Below, in pieces: positions 26,535 to 35,817 of a stretch of DNA of 64,000 nucleotides (positions within the stretch are counted from its first letter, which is position 1; the number at the start of each line of letters is the position of its first letter). Below the pieces are notes generated by a model. It ran no database searches. It saw only the letters and a list, made by a program, of their open reading frames with translations, and was not told the DNA's origin. The translations under genes were made by a program, and so were the position numbers. Source of the DNA: Patescibacteria group bacterium. GTDB lineage: Bacteria; Patescibacteriota; Patescibacteriia; XYB2-FULL-38-15. The stretch covers positions 3,246 through 67,245 of the forward strand of contig JBGSRW010000006.1 of NCBI GenBank assembly GCA_041737355.1. The letters run 5' to 3'.

Positions 26535-27734
26535 TTGAAAAAGCAGATCGTTACGGCTTATGGTAAAACTTCTCTTGATGTAAGGCAGCTTCCCGGGGCG
26601 AACATCTTCGTCTCGCTGGAAAAAGCCATTTTCCCGACGGAAAAGAAAAAGCCCGGAGAAAAACAGCAAAGGGCGGAAATCCCGGCGGGAGCCATTCTCC
26701 TGCCCCATTGGAGCGGTTCCGGTTTCAACGCCCAGCGAGGTTACGTTGTCTACGCAAACGGCCTGTACGAGGCCCTGCGGGCGACAACGCACATCTTCTT
26801 CGGCTACGGAACTCGCGGCAACAAAGGAGAACTCCAGACGCTCGAAACGATGTCGAGACAACTAATCGACATCGTTTCCGTTCTGACTGCTGGCAAGGAA
26901 GCCGGGAGCAACCGGCTAACGGCGGTCCAGACCGAACTTGCGGTTATGGCCGAAGAAATGGCCGCGGTCCTGAACCAGACAAAACGCGAGGCCAGGGACA
27001 AAATCGACGCCTCTAAGGCGCTCGAAGTTTCCCATCCTTCCGGAAAGATGGTTCAAAATCTTCCGGCCAACGCGGTACGTCTTGCGGCCGCCCAACGGCG
27101 CATCGAACGGCGCCAAGACGAGGTGCGGAGAATCGCCGCCCGGCTCGTTTCTTGGGAACAGGTTCTGGCCTCAGAAATCGGCCGGACGTGGGATGCCCTG
27201 AATTGGTTTCGCAAGATGATCGACTCCGAAACGAAGCGCCTCTCGGGCCGATGGACGGACAGGGAGAGGGATGTTTTCCTCAACCGCGCCGGCTGGGCCA
27301 AGGCGCATCTTCTCCCGAGCATCGATGCCGAACCTTTCGTCAAAACCGCGCGCCTCATCCGGCGCGATCTTGGCCAGGCCATGTCTGCCGCTGGCGAGCA
27401 GGAGAAGGATAAGGTGGCCGTGGCGCTGAACCGCATCCTCGCCTCGCTCCGCTTCAAGGACGCTCAGCGAGCCTTTGAAGAAAAAATCCTTCTGCCTTTT
27501 TCCGTCCGACAGGAACTCGGTATTTTGACGCAAAACGACATGAGGCATTTTCGGGGCTGCACCGAAAACTTCCGGGAACGCCTGACCGTTTTGTCGGACC
27601 AGGGTTTCGCGAGTCCGCGCAAAGAGGAAATCATCATCCGCCTGAAACTCGCCGTGATCGAAATTGACCGGCTTGGCGTTGACGGTGCCGAGATCGTAAA
27701 AGACGCGCTGAAACGCGCTTCTCATCTGCTTTAG
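26535..27734 (+). CDS. hypothetical 399-aa GC-rich orphan protein
   Basis: TTG start 6 nt after AAGGAGGGAG; about 58% GC; terminator downstream. No motif recognised. Confidence 0.6.
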   Translation: MKKQIVTAYGKTSLDVRQLPGANIFVSLEKAIFPTEKKKPGEKQQRAEIPAGAILLPHWSGSGFNAQRGYVVYANGLYEALRATTHIFFGYGTRGNKGELQTLETMSRQLIDIVSVLTAGKEAGSNRLTAVQTELAVMAEEMAAVLNQTKREARDKIDASKALEVSHPSGKMVQNLPANAVRLAAAQRRIERRQDEVRRIAARLVSWEQVLASEIGRTWDALNWFRKMIDSETKRLSGRWTDRERDVFLNRAGWAKAHLLPSIDAEPFVKTARLIRRDLGQAMSAAGEQEKDKVAVALNRILASLRFKDAQRAFEEKILLPFSVRQELGILTQNDMRHFRGCTENFRERLTVLSDQGFASPRKEEIIIRLKLAVIEIDRLGVDGAEIVKDALKRASHLL

Positions 27735-27744
27735 CCAAAAATAC

Positions 27745-27830
27745 GCAGCACCCTAAAAAGTGCTGTTTTTTTATAAAAAAAGACCCAACTATGCTTGGTT
27801 GGGTCGAGAAACGTTAACACCTTACCCGCT
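27745..27830. terminator. pair of convergent terminators (cagcac...gtgctg-T7 on the + strand; gacccaacc...ggttgggtc-T7 on the minus strand)
   Basis: Two hairpins, each with a T-run in its own orientation. Confidence 0.7.
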
Positions 27831-27834
27831 CTTT

Positions 27835-28827
27835 CTAGAGCGGTGTCCTCACTCCTCCGAAAGGATCGTCTTCCCAGAGGAGATAATACAGCAGAGCTGT
27901 CCTCATCCACATGCCATTCCGTTCCTGACGCCAGATTTTGATGCGAGGGTCACGGTCGCAGGCCGGCTCAAGCTCTCCCCGCCTCGGCAGAGGATGCATG
28001 ACAATCGAGTGCGGCCTGAGAATCTTAAGATGTCGCTCCTGAAAAAAGAAGGGGGTAGCCCCTTTCTCTTTGTCAAAATCATCCTGGACGCGAGTCATAT
28101 AGACCGCGTCAGATACCGCCACGGCTGCCTCAAGATCTTCCGTTTCCTCAAACAGGATATTGTGCTTGCCGAGGAAATCCTTGATGTCTCCCTCCATACG
28201 ATAGGCTGGGGGAGAAACAAAGATAAGACGAACACCGGGGTAGTGCTTCATGAAGTAAGCGAGAGACCGGACTGTCCGGCCACGCTTCAGGTCCCCGGCC
28301 ATGGCAATAGTCTTGCCTTCAATCCCGCCCAACTCACGAAACTCACGATGCAATGTGTAAATGTCAAGCAGAGCTTGTGTCGGGTGCTGATCCTGGCCTG
28401 AACCGCCATTCACAATATGAGCCGCATGCCATGATTGGCGCACCCTCTCCCGGTCGAAGTACTCAGCTGCTTCCTTGGCAAGACCAGCATGAGGCGAACG
28501 CATAATGATGACGTCCGCATAAGACGCAAAAGTCGCCAGAGAATCAAGAGGCGTCTCGCCCTTAACTTCCGACGAAGTATTCGCGTCACGAATCTCAACA
28601 CAGTCCATCCCCAAATTCTGACAGGCAGACATAAACGAAACAAATGTCCGCGTCGAAACTTGGGTGAAGTACAGCGCTGCCCGCCTGTTTGGGAAAAGCT
28701 TCTTCAGTCGCAAAGCGCCGTCAGTTGTCTGAAATGCCTCCCTGATCTTCGTGGTCAGATTGCAAAGGTAGTCGAGTATTTCGCGGTCAAATTGCTGAGA
28801 TTCAAGAACATGGTAGAGACGCTTCAT
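27835..28827 (-). CDS. pyrB: aspartate carbamoyltransferase catalytic-chain-like transcarbamylase
   Basis: STRTFVSF (carbamoyl-phosphate loop, variant of STRTR), HPTQ, GDLKRGRTVRSL, TRVQ and HPLPR motifs. Start at MKRLYH behind GGAGGA. Confidence 0.7.
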   Translation of the reverse strand: MKRLYHVLESQQFDREILDYLCNLTTKIREAFQTTDGALRLKKLFPNRRAALYFTQVSTRTFVSFMSACQNLGMDCVEIRDANTSSEVKGETPLDSLATFASYADVIIMRSPHAGLAKEAAEYFDRERVRQSWHAAHIVNGGSGQDQHPTQALLDIYTLHREFRELGGIEGKTIAMAGDLKRGRTVRSLAYFMKHYPGVRLIFVSPPAYRMEGDIKDFLGKHNILFEETEDLEAAVAVSDAVYMTRVQDDFDKEKGATPFFFQERHLKILRPHSIVMHPLPRRGELEPACDRDPRIKIWRQERNGMWMRTALLYYLLWEDDPFGGVRTPL

Positions 28828-28867
28828 CGCCCGTCCTCCTTTCCTCCCCTTGCTCGGGTGCAAAAAA

Positions 28868-28900
28868 ACGGCGGAGGATTCCTCCACCGCCGCTTCGTGT
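28868..28900 (-). terminator. terminator after recO at the right edge of the island
   Basis: Minus-strand hairpin cggcggtggagg/cctccgccg followed by ttttttt. Confidence 0.55.
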
Positions 28901-28922
28901 CAACGTTCTAAAAAGAAGAATA

Positions 28923-29684
28923 TCAAAGTTTCAAAACCCGTGTCAAATAATTTATCCACAAGCCGCTTTTCGGTTCACGGTCGCTGTGGACCGCTAAAAA
29001 GCAATCAATGATCGCGGCTGTTTCCTTAAGCTGTTTTTTACTAATTTTAATTGCCGGAAAATATCCCGAATCTTTTTTCAAAACAAAGCGTAAAATTTTT
29101 ATTCCCGCCGCAGAAATGGGAATCCCCTCTCTGCCGCATTTTTTGCAAAATAATCCGCCACGTGCTGCATCGAAAAAATTCCCCTCCGGAACTATTTTAT
29201 TTTTGCATTTTAGGCAACTGTAAAGTTCCGGTTCCCATCCCAGAATGGACATCAATTTTATAATAAAAAATTTTGATAAAGCATAATTATTCAAAAATTT
29301 TTTTTCTTCCGAACCGTTCAAGATATTTAAAAATTCCCCGATCAACGCATAAATTTTATAATCCGGATGTCCGGGTTTGGTAAAATTGTCGACCGCTTCG
29401 AGACAAAAGCTTCCGAGCACCGTCTTCGCCAGATCTTTTCGGATATTAATAAATTTTTTTCTCTGATCGGCTCCGGCAATCTGGTAGTATGTTTTCCCAG
29501 GCGCGACCATAAGGTCGATCTCGGAAAATAGATCAAGATGCCCGGCCATTTTACTTTTTATTTTTCTTACTCCTTTGGCAATCGCCTCTATTTTTCCGAA
29601 CTCATCGGTATAAATTATAAAAAGACGATCGTTTTCACGATAGTCATTTTTTTTCAAAATTATTCCTCTGGCTTGGCGGGTCAT
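28923..29684 (-). CDS. recO: DNA repair protein RecO
   Basis: N-terminal OB fold (GIILKKNDYRENDRLFIIYT) and C-terminal zinc motif CLKC...CKKC. Confidence 0.85.
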   Translation of the reverse strand: MTRQARGIILKKNDYRENDRLFIIYTDEFGKIEAIAKGVRKIKSKMAGHLDLFSEIDLMVAPGKTYYQIAGADQRKKFINIRKDLAKTVLGSFCLEAVDNFTKPGHPDYKIYALIGEFLNILNGSEEKKFLNNYALSKFFIIKLMSILGWEPELYSCLKCKNKIVPEGNFFDAARGGLFCKKCGREGIPISAAGIKILRFVLKKDSGYFPAIKISKKQLKETAAIIDCFLAVHSDREPKSGLWINYLTRVLKL

Positions 29685-30073
29685 TATTTTCTGTCTAGGT
29701 AACTTTGCAAAATTATCATGGCCGCTACGGCATCGCGCTCCTTCACTCCGGAGTCCGCCATCAAATTATCGACCATGGAACTAGAAAATCTTTCGTCTTC
29801 GGTTTCTACCGCTGCCGATAAATTCTTTTTCAAAAAATCAACAAAGAGTAAAACTTCTTCCGCCTGAGGACCTCTTTCTCCGGACAAGGTCAGGGGCAGA
29901 CCGACTACGATTGTCCCGACATCTTCTTCAAGACAAATTTCTTTCAATCCCCCCAAAACGAAATCTTTATTTTTGTTTTCCAAAATCCCGACGGGTGAAG
30001 CTATTTTTGTTTCATCGTCCCCGATTGCCATACCTATTCTTTTTTCCCCGTAATCGATACCTAATAATTTCAT
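29684..30073 (-). CDS. ruvX: Holliday-junction resolvase-like RuvX/YqgF
   Basis: MKLLGIDYGEKRIGMAIGD. Confidence 0.85.
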   Translation of the reverse strand: MKLLGIDYGEKRIGMAIGDDETKIASPVGILENKNKDFVLGGLKEICLEEDVGTIVVGLPLTLSGERGPQAEEVLLFVDFLKKNLSAAVETEDERFSSSMVDNLMADSGVKERDAVAAMIILQSYLDRK

Positions 30074-30858
30074 AATTTAGTCAAAATTTCATGCCCGTTT
30101 CCGGTAACCAGCACGGTATGCTCAAACTGAGCCGACAAGCTTCCGTCAACCGTCGCAACTGTCCATCCGTCATCCAGGGTTTCAACTTCCGAACTTCCGG
30201 CGCAAATCATCGGCTCAAGACAAATTGTCATACCCTCGACGAGCTCAACTTGTTTTTCATAACGGTCAAAAAAATTCGGAACCTTCGGAGGTTCATGGAC
30301 TTTTTTACCTACGCCGTGTCCGACTAAATCCCGTACGACCGAAAAACCCCTGCTTTCGGCGTATCCCTGGATAGCCCGTCCAATATCGCTTACCAAATTC
30401 CCCGATTTAACCTGGGCGATTCCGGCAAGAAGTGCCTCTGCCGTTACCCTGATTAATTTATCCGCCTCGGGATTTATTTTCCCCACCCCAACGGTGATCG
30501 CCGCATCGGTAAAAAGTCCCTCGGGCCCGGCCGGATACTTCAAACCCAAATCCAAACAAATAATATCTCCTTCATTCAAAACTCTCGACGGTATGGCCGG
30601 CGCGTGAACAACTTCGTCGTTTACCGAAGTGCAAAGGGTTGTTGGGAAAGGCGTGTCTCTCGGATCTGGCCGATAATTTTTAAACGCCGGAACAGCGCCA
30701 TTCTCTTCGATCAATTTTTCCGCTAAAGCGTTAAGCGCCCCGGTAGTAATCCCCGGCCTTACGGCTTTTTTTAATTCATCCAAAACGAACGCCAAAATTC
30801 TTCCGCTTTGGCGCATTATTTTTATTTCTTCGCTTGTTTTTATAATAACTTTTTCCAT
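30070..30858 (-). CDS. map: methionine aminopeptidase type I
   Basis: MetAP fold motifs (ICLDLG, HGVGKKVHEPP, ICLEPM). The likely start is MEKVIIK. Confidence 0.88.
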   Translation of the reverse strand: MEKVIIKTSEEIKIMRQSGRILAFVLDELKKAVRPGITTGALNALAEKLIEENGAVPAFKNYRPDPRDTPFPTTLCTSVNDEVVHAPAIPSRVLNEGDIICLDLGLKYPAGPEGLFTDAAITVGVGKINPEADKLIRVTAEALLAGIAQVKSGNLVSDIGRAIQGYAESRGFSVVRDLVGHGVGKKVHEPPKVPNFFDRYEKQVELVEGMTICLEPMICAGSSEVETLDDGWTVATVDGSLSAQFEHTVLVTGNGHEILTKL

Positions 30859-30862
30859 AACT

Positions 30863-31510
30863 CTATTTTTTCCCCTCCAGCTGCGCAATAATCTTATTGA
30901 AAACTTTTTCTATCGGAGGCCTGGCGTCTATTTTAATCAATTTTTTTTCTTTTGCATATTTACTCAAAATTGGCTCAGTTTGCCCATGGTATATTCCAAG
31001 TCTTTTTTTTATCGACTCCGGGCGATCATCGCTCCGGACAGCCAGTTTCGTCCCGCAGTTATTACATGCTCCGTCTTCCTTCGGGGGCTTATTTTCCAAA
31101 TGATAAATCGCCCCGCACTTTGGACAAATTCTTCTTCCGCCGAGTCTTTTAAGTACGGTTTTATCGTCAATATCCAGTTGGATGATTATATCTAACCCGA
31201 AATTTTTTTCTAAAAAATCCAGCTGATTGAGGTTGCGGGGATATCCATCCAAAATAAAACCCTTTGAATATTTATTTTGTTTCAATTCATCGAAAATCAC
31301 CCTGTTGGTCACAACGTCCGGAACAAGCCTTCCTTTTTCGATAAATTTTTTAGCGAGGTTGCCGAGATCGGAGCCCTCTCTTATTTCTTTACGAAAAAAA
31401 TCCCCCGTCGCCAAAATATTAAATTTATATTTTTTAGCCAGCATCTCCGTCTGAGTCCCTTTGCCCGAACCCTGTGGCCCGAATAAAACTATTTTTCTTA
31501 TTCCCCGCAT
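30863..31510 (-). CDS. adk: adenylate kinase (with a zinc-lid cysteines)
   Basis: P-loop GPQGSGKGTQ and lid CPKCG...CNNCG. Confidence 0.9.
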   Translation of the reverse strand: MRGIRKIVLFGPQGSGKGTQTEMLAKKYKFNILATGDFFRKEIREGSDLGNLAKKFIEKGRLVPDVVTNRVIFDELKQNKYSKGFILDGYPRNLNQLDFLEKNFGLDIIIQLDIDDKTVLKRLGGRRICPKCGAIYHLENKPPKEDGACNNCGTKLAVRSDDRPESIKKRLGIYHGQTEPILSKYAKEKKLIKIDARPPIEKVFNKIIAQLEGKK

Positions 31511-31544
31511 AAATTGATAAATCCCACGCAACTGATGTGTGGGA

Positions 31545-31826
31545 TTATTTGTAAATTAATTTCTTTAATTTCTGATAATCGAAAGATGATATTTCTCCCG
31601 TTCCGACCGATTTATAGAGCTCCGGAAGAATACGCGTTCTGAATTCCTCGACGCTTACTCCTCCCGAACCCATGAATTTCAATATTTTACTTTTTACAAA
31701 CATTCTCTCTTTGTCATTCAGGCCGGTATGAAACAAAACATGCTCTATTTCCGACGAGGTGGCAAAAAGAACTCCTTGTTTTTTTGCCTTGTCTTCTCCT
31801 GAAGAAAACAGGCCAAAAAGCCCCAT
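31545..31826 (-). CDS. hypothetical 93-aa protein between secY and adk
   Basis: ORF only. Confidence 0.35.
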   Translation of the reverse strand: MGLFGLFSSGEDKAKKQGVLFATSSEIEHVLFHTGLNDKERMFVKSKILKFMGSGGVSVEEFRTRILPELYKSVGTGEISSFDYQKLKKLIYK

Positions 31827-31848
31827 ATCTTGTATTTTAAATTATAAA

Positions 31849-33120
31849 TTAAAGACCCTCGTATTCACGCATGGTTAGTTGCGAATCGATTTGCCTTATG
31901 GTTTCAATCACTACGGAAACTACAATCAAAACGCTGGTACCTCCGAATTTCAAAACCTGTACCCCTGTTATATTTTGTAGAACCATCGGCAAGACGGCAA
32001 TGACCGCCAAAAAAAGCGCGCCAGCCAAGATAATTCTCGTTGTTGTGTTGGCAAGGTATTGGGCGGTATGCGCTCCAGGCCTGATGCCAGGAATAAATCC
32101 GCCGTTTTTCTGCAAATTATCGGCTATCTGCTGAGGATGAAAAATAACTGCCGTGTAAAAATAGGTAAATCCAAAAACCAAAATAAAATAAGAAACACCA
32201 TAAACAGTTTGGTTACGGAAAATATCAATAACCCACTGAGCCGCTCCGGAAATCCAGGCAGTTTTAGCTTGGACAAAAAATTGGGCAATCATTGGGGGGA
32301 ACAAAATAATGGAGATGGCAAAGATAATCGGTATCACGCCGGCCATGTTTACCCGGAGCGGAAGATGAGTTGACATCCCTCCGTACATTTTGTTGCCACG
32401 GACCTGTTTTGCATAAGAAACCGGCACTTGTCTCTGCCCTTCGGTAATAATTACCACTCCGACAATGGTTACAACGGCAATAACCGCAAAAATAACAAAA
32501 TTTAAAATTTGCGAAGGATCAAAGACGACCAAAGCTTGCTGCACCGCCCCGGGCAAGCCGGTGATAATCCCGGCAAAAATTATTAACGAGATGCCGTTGC
32601 CTATTTTTTTCTCGGAAATTAATTCCCCAAGCCACATCAAAAAAATCGAACCGGCTGTAACGGTCGTAATCGTAAAAAATAAACTCCACGCGGAGATGTC
32701 TGTAATAATCGGATTGGCGGATTGCCTGAACATGGCAATCATTCCGTATGCGTTAAGAGCGGCAAGCGGTACCGCCAAAAATCTTGTCCATTGATTTATT
32801 TTTTGTCTTCCATATTCTTCCTTGGAAAGATCCTCAAGGCGGGGAATAATCATTATCAGCAACTGGAAAATGATGGAGGCGGTAATGTAGGGAGCAACGC
32901 CCAACATCACTACGGAAAAATTTTCCATACTGCCTCCGGAAAAAACATTCAGAAGACCGAGCATCTGATTTGACTCAAAAAATTTCTTCAAATTCTCAAT
33001 ATTAATTCCCGGAACGGGGATATGGGCTGCTAAACGAAAAATGCCGAGCATGCACAAAATAAAAAGTATACTCTTTCTTAAGTCAGGGAGCTTCCAAATT
33101 TGAAGAAGTTTTTGCCACAT
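31849..33120 (-). CDS. secY: preprotein translocase SecY
   Basis: 10-TM SecY pattern; position after rplO. Confidence 0.92.
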   Translation of the reverse strand: MWQKLLQIWKLPDLRKSILFILCMLGIFRLAAHIPVPGINIENLKKFFESNQMLGLLNVFSGGSMENFSVVMLGVAPYITASIIFQLLIMIIPRLEDLSKEEYGRQKINQWTRFLAVPLAALNAYGMIAMFRQSANPIITDISAWSLFFTITTVTAGSIFLMWLGELISEKKIGNGISLIIFAGIITGLPGAVQQALVVFDPSQILNFVIFAVIAVVTIVGVVIITEGQRQVPVSYAKQVRGNKMYGGMSTHLPLRVNMAGVIPIIFAISIILFPPMIAQFFVQAKTAWISGAAQWVIDIFRNQTVYGVSYFILVFGFTYFYTAVIFHPQQIADNLQKNGGFIPGIRPGAHTAQYLANTTTRIILAGALFLAVIAVLPMVLQNITGVQVLKFGGTSVLIVVSVVIETIRQIDSQLTMREYEGL

Positions 33121-33182
33121 ATGTTTAATAAATTAATTAGCGAATTAGTCAATTCTCTAATCCGCAATCCGCTAATTATTCT

Positions 33183-33626
33183 TTATTTCTCTAAAATTTT
33201 TCCACCGGACTTTTCTACCGCTTGTCTGACACTCTCTGAAACGGCGCATCCCTCAATAACAATCTTTTTCTTGAGCTCGCCATTGCCGAGAATTTTTACC
33301 CTTTCCCCCATTTTACCAACTAATCCCTTTTCAAGCAACGTTTTGGGGGTAACCCTCTCCCCGTCCTTGAATTTTTTTTCCAAATTGGACAAATTGACTA
33401 CGGCAAATTTAGGATAATGACTTTTGAAACCGCGCAGCTTCGGGGTTGACTGGATCAATCTTTTAAGACCCATCAACTTCAAACCCTTTTTGCCGCCGGA
33501 TCTCGCGCGTTGGCCTTTCTGACCGCGTCCGCTGTAAGTACCAGTGCTGCCCAAACCCCTACCTACCCTTTTCACTTTTTTCCGGGATTTTGGGAAAGAT
33601 TTAATTGTATGTAGTGTTAACGACAT
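33183..33626 (-). CDS. rplO: 50S ribosomal protein L15
   Basis: GRGxGSxxGxxxGRGxKG pattern. Confidence 0.9.
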   Translation of the reverse strand: MSLTLHTIKSFPKSRKKVKRVGRGLGSTGTYSGRGQKGQRARSGGKKGLKLMGLKRLIQSTPKLRGFKSHYPKFAVVNLSNLEKKFKDGERVTPKTLLEKGLVGKMGERVKILGNGELKKKIVIEGCAVSESVRQAVEKSGGKILEK

Positions 33627-33655
33627 AATTTTAATTTATTTTTTACCAAGATTCT

Positions 33656-34153
33656 TTATTTTCTGGAATCAAGTCTTAATTTCAATAAAGCATTCAGCGT
33701 GGCCCGGCTATTATTGATTTTATTTTTTGAACCCAATATTTTCCCCACCACGTTAGGAATTCCCGCAAGCTCAAAAACGCTTCTCATAGCACCGCCGGCC
33801 TTAATCCCCGTTCCTCTCGGCGCAGGTTTTATCAAAACAACCGCCGCACCGAATTTTTCTTTTACTTCGTGCGGAATGGTGTCGTTGCGTAAAGGAACGG
33901 TAACTAAATTTTTTTCGGCTTTAATCGAGGCTTTAGCTACTGCTTGAGTCACGTCGATCCCCTTTGCCACGGCGCATCCGGCACGGCCCTTTTTATCTCC
34001 AACAATAACGCAGGCCCTGAATTTCATTCTCTTACCCCCCGAGGTAACTCTTGTAACGCGGGCTACTTCCAAAATTTTCTGTTCAAATTCTTTTTCTTTA
34101 TCAAATCCTCTGTCTCTCCCTCTTCCCCTTCCCTGGCCTTTATTGTTAAACAT
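33656..34153 (-). CDS. rpsE: 30S ribosomal protein S5
   Basis: S5 dsRBD plus C-terminal domain. It is directly followed by rplO, with no L30 gene between them. Confidence 0.9.
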   Translation of the reverse strand: MFNNKGQGRGRGRDRGFDKEKEFEQKILEVARVTRVTSGGKRMKFRACVIVGDKKGRAGCAVAKGIDVTQAVAKASIKAEKNLVTVPLRNDTIPHEVKEKFGAAVVLIKPAPRGTGIKAGGAMRSVFELAGIPNVVGKILGSKNKINNSRATLNALLKLRLDSRK

Positions 34154-34171
34154 ATTATTTATCCAAAAAAA

Positions 34172-34582
34172 TTAAAATTTAAGTCCGCCTTCCCGGGCTC
34201 CATCCGCGACAGCCTTGATTCTTCCGTGATATTTAAAACCCCGCCGGTCAAAAACAACTTCTGCAATTCCAAGATCCTTCGCTTTTTTCGCTATCAATTT
34301 ACCGATTTCAAAAGCAACAGCGACTTTGGTTGTCATTTCGCCGGAATCCTTGGGCCGGACTGCTACCGTTCTCTTTCTTTTACCTACGATTTTTTTCCCC
34401 GTTGATAAATCGGAAATAGTGGCAAGGACACGGCCTTTCACATCATCAACTAATTCGACCATCACATGCTTAGCGCTTCTTGAAACGCAAAGTCTGGGCC
34501 TTTTTTCAGTACCAGATATTTTTGCCCTTATCCTCGCGTTTCTCAGCTTTTTTTTCTCCTGTTTAATTTTCTGAAGATTCAT
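34172..34582 (-). CDS. rplR: 50S ribosomal protein L18
   Basis: RPRLCVSRSAKHVMVELVDD. Confidence 0.9.
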   Translation of the reverse strand: MNLQKIKQEKKKLRNARIRAKISGTEKRPRLCVSRSAKHVMVELVDDVKGRVLATISDLSTGKKIVGKRKRTVAVRPKDSGEMTTKVAVAFEIGKLIAKKAKDLGIAEVVFDRRGFKYHGRIKAVADGAREGGLKF

Positions 34583-34605
34583 ATTTTATAAAACTTTTTC
34601 TTTAA

Positions 34606-35166
34606 TTAGGCTCCCGCCCCAGCTCCCGCCGCCTTAGCCGCCTTGCCGGCTTTCTTAATAATCGTTTCTTCAACATACTTAATCCCTTTTCCTTTGTAAG
34701 GCTCTGGCGGTTTTAAGTTTCTCAATCTCGCAGCCGTTTCTCCGACCAACTGTTTATCAACTCCGGCGATAGAGACAATATTCTTCTCAACCTTCGCGGT
34801 TATCCCTTTTGGTAAATCAAAATCAACTTGGTGGGAAAATCCCAAACTCAGCGCAATCTTTTCTCCTGATACCTGTGCCTTGAAGCCGACCCCATTAATT
34901 TCAAGCTTCTTCTCAAAACCAGAGGTAACGCCGATCACCATATTTTTTATCAAGCTCCCGTAGAGACCCCATAAGGCTTTATTCGCCTTAACTTCGGGAT
35001 CTTTAACCGTTACATTAATCTCGTTATTTTCTATTTTTAAAAAAACATTAGGATGAATTTTAACGGATATTTCTCCCTTTGGTCCTTTTATGGCAATAGA
35101 AAAATTGTCGATTTTTACTTCGACTCCCTTCGGTATGACAATTGGTTTTTTCCCTATTCTTGACAT
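34606..35166 (-). CDS. rplF: 50S ribosomal protein L6
   Basis: MSRIGKKPIVIPKGVEV. Confidence 0.92.
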   Translation of the reverse strand: MSRIGKKPIVIPKGVEVKIDNFSIAIKGPKGEISVKIHPNVFLKIENNEINVTVKDPEVKANKALWGLYGSLIKNMVIGVTSGFEKKLEINGVGFKAQVSGEKIALSLGFSHQVDFDLPKGITAKVEKNIVSIAGVDKQLVGETAARLRNLKPPEPYKGKGIKYVEETIIKKAGKAAKAAGAGAGA

Positions 35167-35199
35167 TGTCGCGATTAATTAATTCAAATTATTTAACCT

Positions 35200-35598
35200 C
35201 TAGTAAATTTCACAAATAACTTCCCCGCCCAGGCCCTTTTTCTGCGCTTCCTTGCCGGTCATCAATCCTTGCGAGGTAGACACAATGGCAATGCCCATAC
35301 CACCCAAAACTTTAGGCAGTTTGTCTTTCGGGGAATAAACTCTTTTACCCGGTTTGCTAATCCTCTTTAAATTTCTGATCACTGAAGTTTTGTCGCCTCT
35401 GTATTTAAGAAATACTTTGAATTTATTTTCCTTTTCAATGACCTCCATGCCGGATATAAATTTTTCCCCCTCCATTATTTTCGCAATTTCAAGTTTTATC
35501 CTTGATAAAGGAATCACAACCTCGGCCTTCCTGACGAGAACCGCGTTTCTGATTCTGGTTAGCATGTCTGAAATGGGATCCATAGTATTTTGTTGCAA
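35200..35598 (-). CDS. rpsH: 30S ribosomal protein S8
   Basis: DPISDMLTRIRNA. Confidence 0.92.
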   Translation of the reverse strand: MQQNTMDPISDMLTRIRNAVLVRKAEVVIPLSRIKLEIAKIMEGEKFISGMEVIEKENKFKVFLKYRGDKTSVIRNLKRISKPGKRVYSPKDKLPKVLGGMGIAIVSTSQGLMTGKEAQKKGLGGEVICEIY

Positions 35599-35628
35599 TA
35601 GTTTAAATGGTTTTAGATATTCAAAAAA

Positions 35629-35814
35629 TTACCAGCTGGATTTTGTAACTCCGGGGATTTCTCCTCGGTTTGCCAATTCCCTAAAACAAATCCGGCAAAG
35701 CGCAAATTTACGCATATATCCCCTTTTCCTTCCGCAACGCCAACAACGCCGCACGACGCGGGATTTAAATTTCGGTTTTTTAAGCGACTTGGAAATTTGA
35801 GCTTCAGTAGCCAT
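35629..35814 (-). CDS. rpsZ: 30S ribosomal protein S14 type Z (zinc-binding)
   Basis: 61 aa, [23 protein letters not shown]. Confidence 0.92.
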   Translation of the reverse strand: MATEAQISKSLKKPKFKSRVVRRCWRCGRKRGYMRKFALCRICFRELANRGEIPGVTKSSW

Positions 35815-35817
35815 ATA

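Noticed and set aside
26490-27725. Several minus-strand and alternative-frame ORFs inside the 399-aa gene (26490..26861, 27053..27457, 27171..27725 and others)
   Set aside because: High-GC DNA yields long spurious ORFs in all frames. Only the + strand ORF has a promoter, an SD and a terminator.
30888-31531. Longer N-terminal starts for map (MRSWRGKNRV...) and adk (MRGIYQFM...)
   Set aside because: The conserved family N-termini begin at the internal Met residues (MEKVIIK for map, MRGIRKIVLFGP for adk). The longer forms would overlap the upstream genes.
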